Shown: positions 26,785 to 35,799, counted from the first letter of the stretch. The stretch is 64,000 bases of DNA from Clostridia bacterium (GCA_017465885.1 JAFTVG010000011.1:75276-139275), one strand, 5' to 3'. Numbers and translations: made by a program. The notes: generated from the letters alone by a model not told the origin.

Positions 26785-27288
26785 TTATCTTGCTCTTTTC
26801 TTCTTTTTCTTTTTACCGCCAAGTGCCACGATCAGCGAAAGCAGACCGTCAATAACAAGGAAGACACCCACCAGGATCATCACCCATGCCAGCGCCGCGC
26901 CGCTGTTGAAGAGCAGCACCAGCGCCGCCGCAATGCAGATGATGGGCTCGATAAAGCCGATGACCACCACAAAGCCGTTCTTTTTCTTCTTTTTCTCGAA
27001 AATGCGGCGGATCAGCTCCACGATGCCGTAAATGCCCAGGACGATCGCCAGAACGAAGAGTGCGATGTCCACCAGCGTCCATCCGATGACCAGCACCGCC
27101 ACGCCGATGATGCCCTCGATGACTGCCGTGATCACCTTGAAGCGGATCAGGTCAAGAACTGCCAGCACGATCAGCCCGATGCCCAGCACCGTCATACAAA
27201 TGGACAGTACCTCGGTCTTATAAATGATGAACAGCACGCCCAGCGCGATGGTCAGCAAAGCCGAGAGCAATTTGGTTACTCTTTTCAT
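26785..27288 (-). CDS. Small polytopic membrane protein (DUF308/HdeD-like repeats)
   Basis: Repeated GxxxIxxG TM hairpins and a Lys-rich tail. RBS aaagga precedes the second ATG (27288). Confidence 0.5.
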   Translation of the reverse strand: MKRVTKLLSALLTIALGVLFIIYKTEVLSICMTVLGIGLIVLAVLDLIRFKVITAVIEGIIGVAVLVIGWTLVDIALFVLAIVLGIYGIVELIRRIFEKKKKKNGFVVVIGFIEPIICIAAALVLLFNSGAALAWVMILVGVFLVIDGLLSLIVALGGKKKKKKRAR

Positions 27289-27356
27289 AAAAATTCCTTT
27301 CATTTTGATCGGGATGCGGAAAACCGCATCCCGATCCTTTTATTCTATTCCCTGCC

Positions 27357-28748
27357 TTAGTGCTTGTTGAATGCACAGAAGGACTTGTAGGTCATATATA
27401 AGTCTGCCTTGGAGATGCACTCGTAGGGTGCGTGCATAGACAGCACAGGGACGCCCAGGTCTACCACGTCGATGTTCTTGCTGGAGATGTAGATGGCAAC
27501 CGTTCCGCCGCCGCCCTGGTCCACCTTACCAAGCTCGCCGGTCTGCCACAGAACCTCTTCCTCATCGAAGATGTCTGCAACGAAGCCCACGAACTCTGCC
27601 GAAGCATCGTTGGTGCCGCCCTTACCGCCGGAGCCGGTATACTTGGTCAGAACCACGCCGCCGTTGATGGTGCAGGCGTTCTTGGAATCGTGCACCTCGG
27701 GGAAGTTGGGGTCAAACGCCGCGTTCACGTCGGCAGACAGACATTTGCTGTTGTTCTTTACCACGTTGAAGTTGGCACCCAGATTCTTGGACATCTCGTC
27801 GATCAGATCAAGGAAGATGCCGCTCTGCATACCGGTGTTGCCGCCCGAGCCCACCTCTTCCTTGTCGGCAAGGATGGCAAGCACGGTGTGCACGCTTCCC
27901 TCGGTATCCAGCAGGGCGCGCAGTGCGGGGTGGGAGCACACTCTGTCGTCGTGGCCGTATGCGCCGATGAGCGAACGGTCAAAGCCGATCTCTCTTGCAT
28001 TGAAGGCAGGCACGATGGACAGCTCTGCAGAAAGGAAGTCCTTTTCCACGATGCCGTACTTTTCATTCAAGATCTGCATCATATGCAGCTTTACGCCGCC
28101 CTCCGCGCTGTTGTCGTAGGGGGTAGAGCCGATGATGATGTTCAGCTTCTCGCCGGGGATGGCTTCTCTTAAGGTTCTTGCCATCTGGTCCTTTGCCAGG
28201 TGAGGAAGCAGGTCGGAGATATAGAATACGGGGTCGGTATCCTTGTCACCGATGCACACGTCCACCGTTTCGCCGCCCTTCTTGACCACCACGCCGTGGA
28301 GTGCCAAAGGCATTGCCAGCCACTGATACTTCTTGATGCCGCCGTAATAGTGGGTCTTGAAGTAGCCGATGCCGCCGTCCTCGTAAAGAGGATTGGGCTT
28401 TAAGTCGATGCGGGGAGAGTCGATGTGAGAAGCAGAGATACGAATACCCTTCTCCAGATCCTCCGAGCCGATACGGAAGGCATAAAGAGCCTTACCGCGG
28501 TTGTTGAGATAATACTTGCCGCCCTTTTCGATCTTGTCACCCAGATGATACTCAGCATATCCTGCCTTTTTAAGCATCTCGATGCCGGTCTTCACCGCTT
28601 CTCTCTCGGTCTTGGCGTTGTCAAGGAACCACATATACTCTTTTGCGTATTCCTCCATTGCCGCCTTGTCCTCGTCGGTCATTACCTCGTAAGCGTTCTT
28701 CTTTTTCATGAAGAGCTCTTCCTTCAGGGTCTTTGCATCCTTTTCCAT
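27357..28748 (-). CDS. M18-family aminopeptidase (aminopeptidase 1 / aspartyl aminopeptidase-like)
   Basis: 463 aa. SASHIDSPRIDLKPNP, GHDDRVC and SMHAPYE motifs are typical of M18. Confidence 0.8.
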   Translation of the reverse strand: MEKDAKTLKEELFMKKKNAYEVMTDEDKAAMEEYAKEYMWFLDNAKTEREAVKTGIEMLKKAGYAEYHLGDKIEKGGKYYLNNRGKALYAFRIGSEDLEKGIRISASHIDSPRIDLKPNPLYEDGGIGYFKTHYYGGIKKYQWLAMPLALHGVVVKKGGETVDVCIGDKDTDPVFYISDLLPHLAKDQMARTLREAIPGEKLNIIIGSTPYDNSAEGGVKLHMMQILNEKYGIVEKDFLSAELSIVPAFNAREIGFDRSLIGAYGHDDRVCSHPALRALLDTEGSVHTVLAILADKEEVGSGGNTGMQSGIFLDLIDEMSKNLGANFNVVKNNSKCLSADVNAAFDPNFPEVHDSKNACTINGGVVLTKYTGSGGKGGTNDASAEFVGFVADIFDEEEVLWQTGELGKVDQGGGGTVAIYISSKNIDVVDLGVPVLSMHAPYECISKADLYMTYKSFCAFNKH

Positions 28749-28787
28749 GACGTTATACCTTCCTTCTTTAAAAAATTTATAGTGAAT

Positions 28788-29423
28788 TTATTGCGTAACT
28801 GAATTTTGGGGTGTCTGCTGCTCTAACACCCGATCATAAAGAGCATAGGCGTTTCTGATCCGCTCAAGATAGATCCGACTGCTCTCTTTAGGCACGTTTT
28901 CAACCGTTATTCCGTCCACCGAGCAGGCAGGATCCTTTAACCACTGCCGCACCTTGCCGATGCCTGCGTGATAGGCAAGGTGGGCGGTGTCCCAGCTACC
29001 CGTCAGATCGTAAAGCTCTCTTAAATACTCTGTGCAAAAATCAATGTTCACCCCGGGGTCCTTCAGATCCTCGGGATCGTAAGGCACGCCCCGCTTGGCG
29101 CATTGCTCCTTGTAGGTGGAGGGAAGCATCTGCATCAATCCAACCGCCCCCGCCTCTGAGATCACGGCAGGCCGAAAGCTGCTCTCGGTTAAGATCACCG
29201 CGTAAATACGCGCCGCAGACACGCCGTGCTTTTGGCTTGCTGCCAACACCTCTTCCTCGTAAGCCAGAGTGACCTGCGATCCCTGCTCCTCGGTCCTCAG
29301 CCCCTCCATCCGATCCACAGCCAGATATCCAAGTGCGCCCAGCGCCGCAAGCAACGCCACGCAAAGGATCAGCGCCGTCAGATAAAGGGGGGCTTCCCCT
29401 CTTTTTTGCCGCTTCATCAGCAC
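28788..29423 (-). CDS. Lytic transglycosylase (SLT domain), membrane-anchored
   Basis: N-terminal TM anchor, catalytic Glu context ILTESSFRP, and AVGLMQMLPSTY. Confidence 0.8.
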   Translation of the reverse strand: MLMKRQKRGEAPLYLTALILCVALLAALGALGYLAVDRMEGLRTEEQGSQVTLAYEEEVLAASQKHGVSAARIYAVILTESSFRPAVISEAGAVGLMQMLPSTYKEQCAKRGVPYDPEDLKDPGVNIDFCTEYLRELYDLTGSWDTAHLAYHAGIGKVRQWLKDPACSVDGITVENVPKESSRIYLERIRNAYALYDRVLEQQTPQNSVTQ

Positions 29424-30013
29424 ACCCCGTGGTCCCGCAGGACGCGTTCAAGCGCCCGTTCGGGGTCGTTTCCCCCGCCGTTTTCGATCACGGCGTGGCA
29501 TCTCTTTTCATACTCCTCTACGGACATCTGCTTTGACATTCGCAAAAGGGCATCTTCCTTTGAAATGCCGTCTCTTTTCATAATGCGGGAAAGCCGCTCC
29601 TCCTTCGGCGCACTCACGCAAAGGATGAGCCGGTAATCTCCCTCAAAGCCTGCTTCAAAAAGCTGAGGAGCATCCACCGCCGCCGCTTTTGCTCCCGCCT
29701 GCTCCTGCTCTTCAAGAAAGGCAAGGCAGCGGGCGCGCACAAGAGGATAGACGATCCTCTGTACCCTTTTCATCATCTCTTCATTTCCAAAAACGATGGG
29801 GGCAAGGACACCTCGGTCCACTCCGCCGCCGGGATGGCAGACGTTCGTTCCAAGCTCCTTACTTAAGCGCACGGCAAGGTCGTTTGAGGCATACAGACGG
29901 TGCACCACGGCATCGCAGTCAAGGGAAACGATCCCTCTTTTTTCAAGCAAAGAACAGACGTAGCCCTTTCCGCTTCCGCTTGGTCCTGTGATTGCAATAC
30001 GGATCATACGCAC
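29417..30013 (-). CDS. coaE: Dephospho-CoA kinase
   Basis: 198 aa. P-loop IAITGPSGSGKG and the typical CoaE length and layout. Confidence 0.8.
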   Translation of the reverse strand: MRMIRIAITGPSGSGKGYVCSLLEKRGIVSLDCDAVVHRLYASNDLAVRLSKELGTNVCHPGGGVDRGVLAPIVFGNEEMMKRVQRIVYPLVRARCLAFLEEQEQAGAKAAAVDAPQLFEAGFEGDYRLILCVSAPKEERLSRIMKRDGISKEDALLRMSKQMSVEEYEKRCHAVIENGGGNDPERALERVLRDHGVC

Positions 30014-30277
30014 TCCTTTCCTCTCCTTATACTTTAATACCTGAAAGCGATTTTGTCAACCGTTTTTTAAAAAATCTCTGCCAAAAGCAAAGATTTTTAA
30101 AAAACGCCCCGCTCCGCTCTCCCATTGTATGCCCCAAAATCTCAGCACAAAACGCGTTTTTGACCCTTTTGCCCCTCTTTTTTGAAAATTTCAAAAAAAA
30201 TTTCAGGATATGACTGTACAAAAGACAATTTTTGTGCTATACTGTCAGTAAGTAAACAAGGAAAGGTGGGTATCACA

Positions 30278-30523
30278 GTGGAAGAACGCAACGAAAGCAA
30301 AAACAAGGTCGTCAAAACGATCGTCATCATTCTGGTGATCTTAGGTCTTATCTCCGCCGTGGTAGTGGTTTTAGGTTACCTTTACAAGAAGTTCAAGAAA
30401 GCCGTAGCAGCCTTCAACGAGGATCTGGCAGGTGAAGAACTAAACGAGCAGGACCTGACCGATATGCGCGGCAAGAACGTAGAAGAGCACGCCGCAGGCT
30501 GTCGGATCAACTGCGCTGACTGA
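30278..30523 (+). CDS. Small single-pass membrane protein (about 81 aa)
   Basis: GTG start preceded by aaggaaaggtgg. One TM (IVIILVILGLISAVVVVLGYL). Extended -10 promoter (TGcTATACT) at 30235-30243. Function unknown. Confidence 0.4.
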   Translation: MEERNESKNKVVKTIVIILVILGLISAVVVVLGYLYKKFKKAVAAFNEDLAGEELNEQDLTDMRGKNVEEHAAGCRINCAD

Positions 30524-30605
30524 CCGTAAAAAAACAGGTGGTCTTTGCCGTAAGGGAAAGATCACCTTCGTTTTTTATCCCTAAAGCAAGCAATAAGGAT
30601 TTCCT

Positions 30606-31163
30606 ATGACACGCAAAAAAGACTCTATCAAAAACCTCTGTCTTTCTGCCCTGCTGACCGCCGTCCTCATTCTTTGCTCCATGCTGAGCATTCCGCTTGG
30701 AGCGGGACGGGTGACCCTGCAGCTTTTGGCTGTCCTGCTTCTCGGCGGACTGCTTCCCCCTCTTTACACCCTGCTCTCCCTTGGCGCCTACCTGCTTTTG
30801 GGGGCACTGGGTCTTCCCGTATTTGCAGGCTTTACGGGCGGCTTCGGGGTGCTTTTCGGCGCAACGGGCGGCTTTTTGCTGGGATTTTTGCCGGCAGGAC
30901 TGCTTTTCGGCCTGCTTTATAAACGAAAAAAGACCTTTCAAAACGCACTCTTGTCGGGCATTCTTCCTCTGCTGGTCTGCTATCTTTTCGGATGTCTGCA
31001 GTACCTTCATTATCTTCCAAAGGAGGGCGGAGGTGTTGCACTCCTGCTCTTCATCCTGCCCTGCCTGCTGCCCGACGCCTTAAAGCTCCTTCTTGCCGCC
31101 ATCCTTTTGCCCCCTCTTTCAAGGGCGCTTGAAAAGGGGACGGTTACTGCAGGCGCAGAGTGA
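30606..31163 (+). CDS. bioY: Biotin transporter BioY (ECF S component)
   Basis: 185-aa membrane protein with the BioY-like pattern, adjacent to birA. Confidence 0.8.
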   Translation: MTRKKDSIKNLCLSALLTAVLILCSMLSIPLGAGRVTLQLLAVLLLGGLLPPLYTLLSLGAYLLLGALGLPVFAGFTGGFGVLFGATGGFLLGFLPAGLLFGLLYKRKKTFQNALLSGILPLLVCYLFGCLQYLHYLPKEGGGVALLLFILPCLLPDALKLLLAAILLPPLSRALEKGTVTAGAE

Positions 31164-31911
31164 TCTCTCCTCCGTGAAAGACAAGTCTTTCACCATCGGC
31201 ATTTAAAACGATGCCGCCGTCGCCGTCAAAGCCCAAAACGGTTCCGAAAAAGCACTCCTCTCCCTTGAGAAGCTTTACCCTTTTTCCAAGAACCACCGAG
31301 CGGGCGGTGTATTCTTCCATAAAAGAGCGGTCGGCAGGATCGCAAACGTAGGCTTCAAGGGCACGGTAGATCTCCAGTGCCATTGCCTGACGGTCGATGC
31401 GCACGCCAAGACTGCCCGCAATGCCCGCAAGCTCGGGGGGGAACTCCTCGGTATGCAGATTGATGCCCACGCCCACGATCAGCTTGCTTTGAACATCCAA
31501 AGCGCCGACAGACTCCACCAAGATCCCGCACACCTTTTTTTCTTCATAATACAGATCGTTGACCCATTTGATGCCCACCTTTTTTCCACAGTGCTTTTCG
31601 ATGACGCGGGCACACACCACTGCAGCGGCAGGGGTCAGCGCCAAAAAGGAATGAAGGGGCTCATGGGTGGTGTAAAGGCAGGAAAAGTACAGTCCGGTAT
31701 CCTCCGGCGAATAAAAGCTTCTGCCCAGCCGTCCTCTGCCTGCGCTCTGCCCTTCCGCGATGAACAGCCCGCGTGTGACTCCCTGCGCAGCCGCCTGCTT
31801 TGCCCGCAGGTTGGTGGAATCGGTCAGACCGTAGCGATAAACGGCAATGCCGTCCTCCTCCCGATGCACCGTGGGCAAGCACGACCTCTTTGTTTCTTCT
31901 CTTTCGGGCAT
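31144..31911 (-). CDS. birA: Biotin--[acetyl-CoA-carboxylase] ligase, class I (no N-terminal HTH)
   Basis: GRGRLGRSF biotin-binding loop, KWVNDL, and a C-terminal SH3-like tail. Only 255 aa, so it lacks a repressor domain. Confidence 0.8.
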   Translation of the reverse strand: MPEREETKRSCLPTVHREEDGIAVYRYGLTDSTNLRAKQAAAQGVTRGLFIAEGQSAGRGRLGRSFYSPEDTGLYFSCLYTTHEPLHSFLALTPAAAVVCARVIEKHCGKKVGIKWVNDLYYEEKKVCGILVESVGALDVQSKLIVGVGINLHTEEFPPELAGIAGSLGVRIDRQAMALEIYRALEAYVCDPADRSFMEEYTARSVVLGKRVKLLKGEECFFGTVLGFDGDGGIVLNADGERLVFHGGEITLRLQ

Positions 31912-32018
31912 ATCGTTTTCCCCCTTTCGATCTTTTTTACAGTATACCTCTTTTTCATCATAAAATCAAGTGCTTTTTGCTCTCTTGAAAAGACAGGAGG
32001 GCACACGGAAAGGAACAC

Positions 32019-32748
32019 CATGAGCCAAGCCCCCTTCCAGATCGAGCTTGCCGACATCAGCATCGGGCTTACCGACCGCTACGGACTGCTCAAGAGCCAC
32101 TGCAAAGAATATCTTACAAGCAAGCCCCCCCTCTTTACCGTCAGCGTCAGTGACGAGGAGATCCGACGCACCATGTCCTTGGGCGATGAGCAAATGCAAA
32201 ACGATCCCGCCCTATCGGAGCTGGTCTGCGTTTACAGAGCCATCTGCAAGACCCTTCCCCGATACGGCGTCTTTCTCTTTCACTGTGCCGCCATCGAATT
32301 TGAAGGCAAGGCGTATTTGTTCTCCGCCCCCAGCGGCACGGGCAAATCCACCCACATCAGGCTTTGGAGAGAGTGCTTTGGAAACCGCATTTCCATCATC
32401 AACGGCGACAAGCCCCTTTTGCGCCCCGAAAAGGACGGAAGCATCACCGTTTTCTCCTCCCCCTGGGCAGGCAAAGAGGGCTGGCAAAGAAAATGCGCCT
32501 ATCCTCTGGGCGGGCTGTGCTTTTTAAGACAGGGGGAACGAAACGAGATCTGTGCCCTTGACAGCGGACAGAGCGGTCGGCTGATCCTGAAGCAGATCCT
32601 CTTCCCCTCCGATGCGGATGCCTTGAAAAGCACCCTGACCTTTGCCGACACCCTGGCGGCGAGCGTGCCCGTCTTCTCCCTTGCCTGCACCATTTCAAAA
32701 GAGGCGGCACTGATGAGCTTTTCCGCTATGACGGGAGAGCAGGTCTGA
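32019..32748 (+). CDS. Uncharacterised P-loop protein, HPr-kinase-C-terminal-domain-like
   Basis: Start at MSQAPF (32019). The upstream part of the ORF-track entry is antisense to birA. FSAPSGTGKSTH P-loop in an HprK-related context. Confidence 0.45.
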
Positions 32749-32833
32749 AGACAGCCGCTCCTTTAAACAAGAGCGGCTTTTGAAGGAAAGAAAAAAATCT
32801 TTAAAAAAATCGAAAAAAATTTCAAAATACCCC

Positions 32834-32862
32834 TTGACAAATCGCCAACAATTTGGTATACT
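32834..32862 (+). promoter_or_regulatory. Sigma-A promoter of tRNA-Thr
   Basis: TTGACA, 17-nt spacer, TATACT. Confidence 0.7.
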
Positions 32863-32879
32863 CCTTCTTGCGTCAAGGC

Positions 32880-32956
32880 GCTGGTATGGCTCAGTTGGTA
32901 GAGCACATCCTTGGTAAGGATGAGGTCATCAGTTCGAATCTGATTACCAGCTCCAG
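32880..32956 (+). tRNA. tRNA-Thr (anticodon GGU), CCA encoded
   Basis: Cloverleaf folded by hand: acceptor GCTGGTA/TACCAGC, D stem GCTC/GAGC, anticodon stem CATCC/GGATG with loop TTGGTAA, T stem ATCAG/CTGAT. Confidence 0.9.
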
Positions 32957-32959
32957 CAC

Positions 32960-32989
32960 CCGCAGATCGAAAGGTCTGCGGGTTTTTTA
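32960..32989 (+). terminator. Rho-independent terminator after tRNA-Thr
   Basis: CCCGCAGA...TCTGCGGG stem followed by TTTTTT. Confidence 0.8.
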
Positions 32990-33083
32990 TTTGCTATTTG
33001 TTTACATATAGTATTTGACAAGCCCACCGACTTTGTGGTATACTTATACCATAAATTCGATATGCGATCACGGAGAGACCGTT

Positions 33084-34754
33084 ATGCTTTTAAAAAAGAC
33101 CCTTTGCATTCTTCTCTGCCTGCTGACGGCGGCAGGCATTCTTGCGTCCTGCTCCAAGGGCCAAACCACCATCCCCGCCCTGCCATCCGCCCCCTCGGGT
33201 GAAACGGGCGAGAGCGGAAGCACCGATCTGCCCCCCGCAGGATGTCTTCACACCAATACCAAAAGGATCGCCGACAAGGATGCCACCTGCACGGCGGACG
33301 GCTACGAGGACAAGCTGAAATGCAAGGACTGCGGCGAGGTGCTGGACGCCAGCGGAACCGTCCTTTACGCCAAGGGACATCAATACAAAAACCGCTCCTG
33401 CGTCTACTGCGATAAGCCCGAGCCCGACGTTGCCACCGAGGGTGTTTTCCCGGGTACGAGTACCTATTGGAAGCTTTATACCGACGGTGAACTGGAGATC
33501 GGCGGCGAGGGAGCCACCCCCGATTTTGACGAAGCAGACGACAGTTATTTTTATAAATACAACAAAGCAGTCACCTCCATCGTGGTATCACGGGGGGTAA
33601 CGCGCATCGGTGACAACCTTTGCAGAGTGCTCAAGGAGGCGGAGAGCATCAGCATCTCCTCCACCGTCACCGAGATCGGCGACCACGCCTTTGACGGATG
33701 GGAGCTGGAGGAGCTGAACCTGCCCCTCCGACTGGAAAAGCTGGGCGACGAAAATTTCACCTCCAACAAGCTCTTTTTCTTGGAGCTGCCCAATACCCTG
33801 ACGTACGTGGGCGCAGGATGCTTTGAATCTACACAGCTCATTACCCTGAGAGTGCCCTCCTCGGTGACCACCTTTAAAACGGTGAAGGGACAGTTCTCCA
33901 ATCTGGAAAACCTCGCCTTTACGGGAAGCATGGAGCAGCTTATGCATCTGGATCTGGGCAGACACCTGAAGGTAGACGGAAAATGCGCGCTGGTAAACGT
34001 GCTTTGCAACTTTACGGATGCGGCAAACAGTCTGCCCTACTGCACCAAACGAGGACAAAAGGAGGGGGATTTCACCTATATCGTCTATACCGACAAAACG
34101 GCTCGGATCTCCAAATACAGCGGTACGGCAGAGGATTTGGTCATCCCCGAAAAGATCGGCGGATATACCGTAACCGGCATACACAACACCTGCTTTGAGG
34201 AAAGCGGGGCGCTGGTGAAAGTGACCCTGCCAAAGACACTGAAGACCATCGGCAGAGAGGCCTTCGTTGACAGCTCCATTTCCGAGCTGGTCATCCTCTC
34301 CCCCGAGGTGCGGGTAGCAGACTTTGCCTTTAAGGGCTGTGCTTCGCTGAGCAAGTTGACCTTTGAGGGCGTCTTTACCGACATAGGACACGGCGCGTTC
34401 TCGGCAACGCATATTTCAAACATCAACCTCTCTCCCAAAATGGACGCTCTGCGCGAGTCGGCGTTGGCTCAGACAGAGGTCAAGATCCGAGATTTTACGC
34501 AATTTGACTATATCGGCGACAGCGCACTTGCATACACCTCCCTTGGAAGTGACATCGACCTGACGGGCGTCAAGGAGATCGGCTTCGGTGCCTTTTACCG
34601 CGCGGGAGTGTTGGGCGCAAACGTGACCAACGTGGGCAAGATCGGGGCATATGCCTTCCACCTCAACGGAAACCTGGATAATGACAACGTGATCGGTATT
34701 GCAACCGTTAAAAGCATCGATCCTGCAGCATTCGAATTCAAAACAGCCCCATAA
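33084..34754 (+). CDS. Lipoprotein with BspA-type leucine-rich repeats
   Basis: RBS ggagag plus ATG at 33084. Lipobox ILASC. Repeated units of about 23 aa of the form ...I..I.D.AF..C..L..I.LP. Confidence 0.75.
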   Translation: MLLKKTLCILLCLLTAAGILASCSKGQTTIPALPSAPSGETGESGSTDLPPAGCLHTNTKRIADKDATCTADGYEDKLKCKDCGEVLDASGTVLYAKGHQYKNRSCVYCDKPEPDVATEGVFPGTSTYWKLYTDGELEIGGEGATPDFDEADDSYFYKYNKAVTSIVVSRGVTRIGDNLCRVLKEAESISISSTVTEIGDHAFDGWELEELNLPLRLEKLGDENFTSNKLFFLELPNTLTYVGAGCFESTQLITLRVPSSVTTFKTVKGQFSNLENLAFTGSMEQLMHLDLGRHLKVDGKCALVNVLCNFTDAANSLPYCTKRGQKEGDFTYIVYTDKTARISKYSGTAEDLVIPEKIGGYTVTGIHNTCFEESGALVKVTLPKTLKTIGREAFVDSSISELVILSPEVRVADFAFKGCASLSKLTFEGVFTDIGHGAFSATHISNINLSPKMDALRESALAQTEVKIRDFTQFDYIGDSALAYTSLGSDIDLTGVKEIGFGAFYRAGVLGANVTNVGKIGAYAFHLNGNLDNDNVIGIATVKSIDPAAFEFKTAP

Positions 34755-34764
34755 ACGGAAAGAA

Positions 34765-34805
34765 AACGGCGTTTCTGCCTGAGAAAGGCGGGAACGCCGT
34801 TTTTA
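34765..34805 (+). terminator. Rho-independent terminator
   Basis: AACGGCGTT...AACGCCGTT stem followed by TTTTT. Confidence 0.6.
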
Positions 34806-34957
34806 CAAGAACGGGAAAACAGGCCAAACAGATGGCGAAATAACGCAGGATGACCGCAAAAACAGTACAAAGCACCCCATTCCTAAAAAAGCGTCAAAAA
34901 CGCTCGGAAAAGCGGGCGCTTTTTTGTATTTTTTTTAGAAAAATTCGAAAAAAAGTG

Positions 34958-34986
34958 TTGACAAAACGGGGATTGTGTGGTAGAAT
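34958..34986 (+). promoter_or_regulatory. Sigma-A promoter of the tRNA-Met/tRNA-Glu pair
   Basis: TTGACA, 17-nt spacer, TAGAAT, with TG at -15/-14. Confidence 0.7.
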
Positions 34987-35040
34987 ACACAAGCGCCCAA
35001 GGAACGCTTGCGAAAATCGCTCGATCCGAAGGAGCAACGT

Positions 35041-35117
35041 GGCGGAATAGCTCAGCTGGCTAGAGCAATCGGTTCATACCCGGTAGGTCGTGGGTTCAAG
35101 TCCAACTTCCGCTACCA
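35041..35117 (+). tRNA. tRNA-Met (anticodon CAU, elongator-like), CCA encoded
   Basis: Acceptor GGCGGAA/TTCCGCT (G1-U72). Anticodon arm ATCGG-TTCATAC-CCGGT resembles Firmicute elongator tRNA-Met. The T stem has one G-A mismatch. Confidence 0.8.
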
Positions 35118-35119
35118 TT

Positions 35120-35194
35120 GGCCCGTTGGTCAAGAGGTTAAGACACCGCCCTTTCACGGCAGTAACATGGGTTCGATTCCCGTACGGGTCACCA
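35120..35194 (+). tRNA. tRNA-Glu (anticodon UUC), CCA encoded
   Basis: Close to the Bacillus tRNA-Glu sequence as I recall it (GGCCCGUUGGUCAAG.GGUUAAGACACCGCCCUUUCACGGC.GUAAC). There is one C-A mismatch in the anticodon stem. Confidence 0.85.
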
Positions 35195-35199
35195 AAAAA

Positions 35200-35238
35200 G
35201 ATAACATCCGAACTTTTAAGTTCGGATGTTATCTTTTT
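35200..35238 (+). terminator. Rho-independent terminator after tRNA-Glu
   Basis: 14-bp stem GATAACATCCGAAC/GTTCGGATGTTATC followed by TTTTT. Confidence 0.85.
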
Positions 35239-35240
35239 AT

Positions 35241-35403
35241 CCAAGCCGCAGGCTTGGTATGGAATCACGCGTCAGCGTGTATGGAATCGCCTCAGGCGCA
35301 TGGCATCACCGAAGGTGCATTTTCTGCGGCTTGATTACATACGCGACTGCGTCGCAATTCCATTCCGCAACGAGTTGCGGATTCCATACACGCCTACGGC
35401 GTG
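35241..35403 (+). other. Array 1 of seven mini-hairpins interleaved with inverted 8-9-mer words, immediately 5' of a four-helix-bundle gene
   Basis: Hairpins lie at 35241-57, 35266-79, 35288-98, 35307-17, 35343-55, 35365-80 and 35390-402. The words TATGGAAT (35258, 35280) are mirrored by AATTCCATT (35356) and ATTCCATAC (35381), which could form nested long-range stems. Confidence 0.8.
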
Positions 35404-35427
35404 ATTTGGATGCGAAAGGAGAATGAT

Positions 35428-35781
35428 ATGGCAAAGAATTTATTGCTTGAATATTCCGAAAAATTGGCTTGCGAAATTGCAGCGCTTTGCAACGAGCACA
35501 AAATAGACTCCAATACAGCATATCAAATCAAAAAATCATCATCAAGTGTTTTCGCCAACATTTCCGAAGCTCAATATCCTCAAAGTCTTGCCGATATGCT
35601 ATCTAAGTTTGAGATTGCACGCAAGGAATGTATCGAAACAGAAAGCTGGCTCAAATTGATTTTTTCGTCAGAATGCATTGACGAAGAAACCTTTAAGAAA
35701 TACCGCAATCTCTGTGGAAGAATTCGCAGGATGTTAACATCTTCTTGCATTACAATTGAAAACAAATTAAAGCAAGGTTGA
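35428..35781 (+). CDS. Four-helix-bundle protein (23S rRNA intervening-sequence protein / Avd-like family)
   Basis: 117 aa. RBS aaaggag. The family pattern ...SSSSVFANISEAQ...F..KFEIARKECIETESWLKLI... is present. Terminator CAAGGTT-gaaa-AACCTTG plus a T-run lies at 35771-35797. Confidence 0.75.
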   Translation: MAKNLLLEYSEKLACEIAALCNEHKIDSNTAYQIKKSSSSVFANISEAQYPQSLADMLSKFEIARKECIETESWLKLIFSSECIDEETFKKYRNLCGRIRRMLTSSCITIENKLKQG

Positions 35782-35799
35782 AAAACCTTGCTTTTTTAG

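Noticed and set aside
27307-27336. Perfect hairpin GATCGGGATGCGG-aaaa-CCGCATCCCGATC as a terminator
   Set aside because: On the strand of the flanking genes (minus) it is not followed by a U-tract. It may still attenuate or stabilise transcripts, but the evidence is insufficient to call it.
30524-30605. BirA operator (bioO) upstream of bioY
   Set aside because: The BirA encoded here lacks the N-terminal HTH domain. The only dyad in the region is the terminator hairpin of the preceding small gene.
31453-32018. 5' part of the 431-aa ORF 31453-32748
   Set aside because: It is antisense to birA. The real gene starts at 32019, after the birA start region.
35008-35426. Several 60-110-aa ORFs overlapping the tRNA genes and hairpin array 1
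   Set aside because: They overlap tRNA-Met, tRNA-Glu and the terminator, have no RBS, and are explained by the RNA genes and structured DNA.
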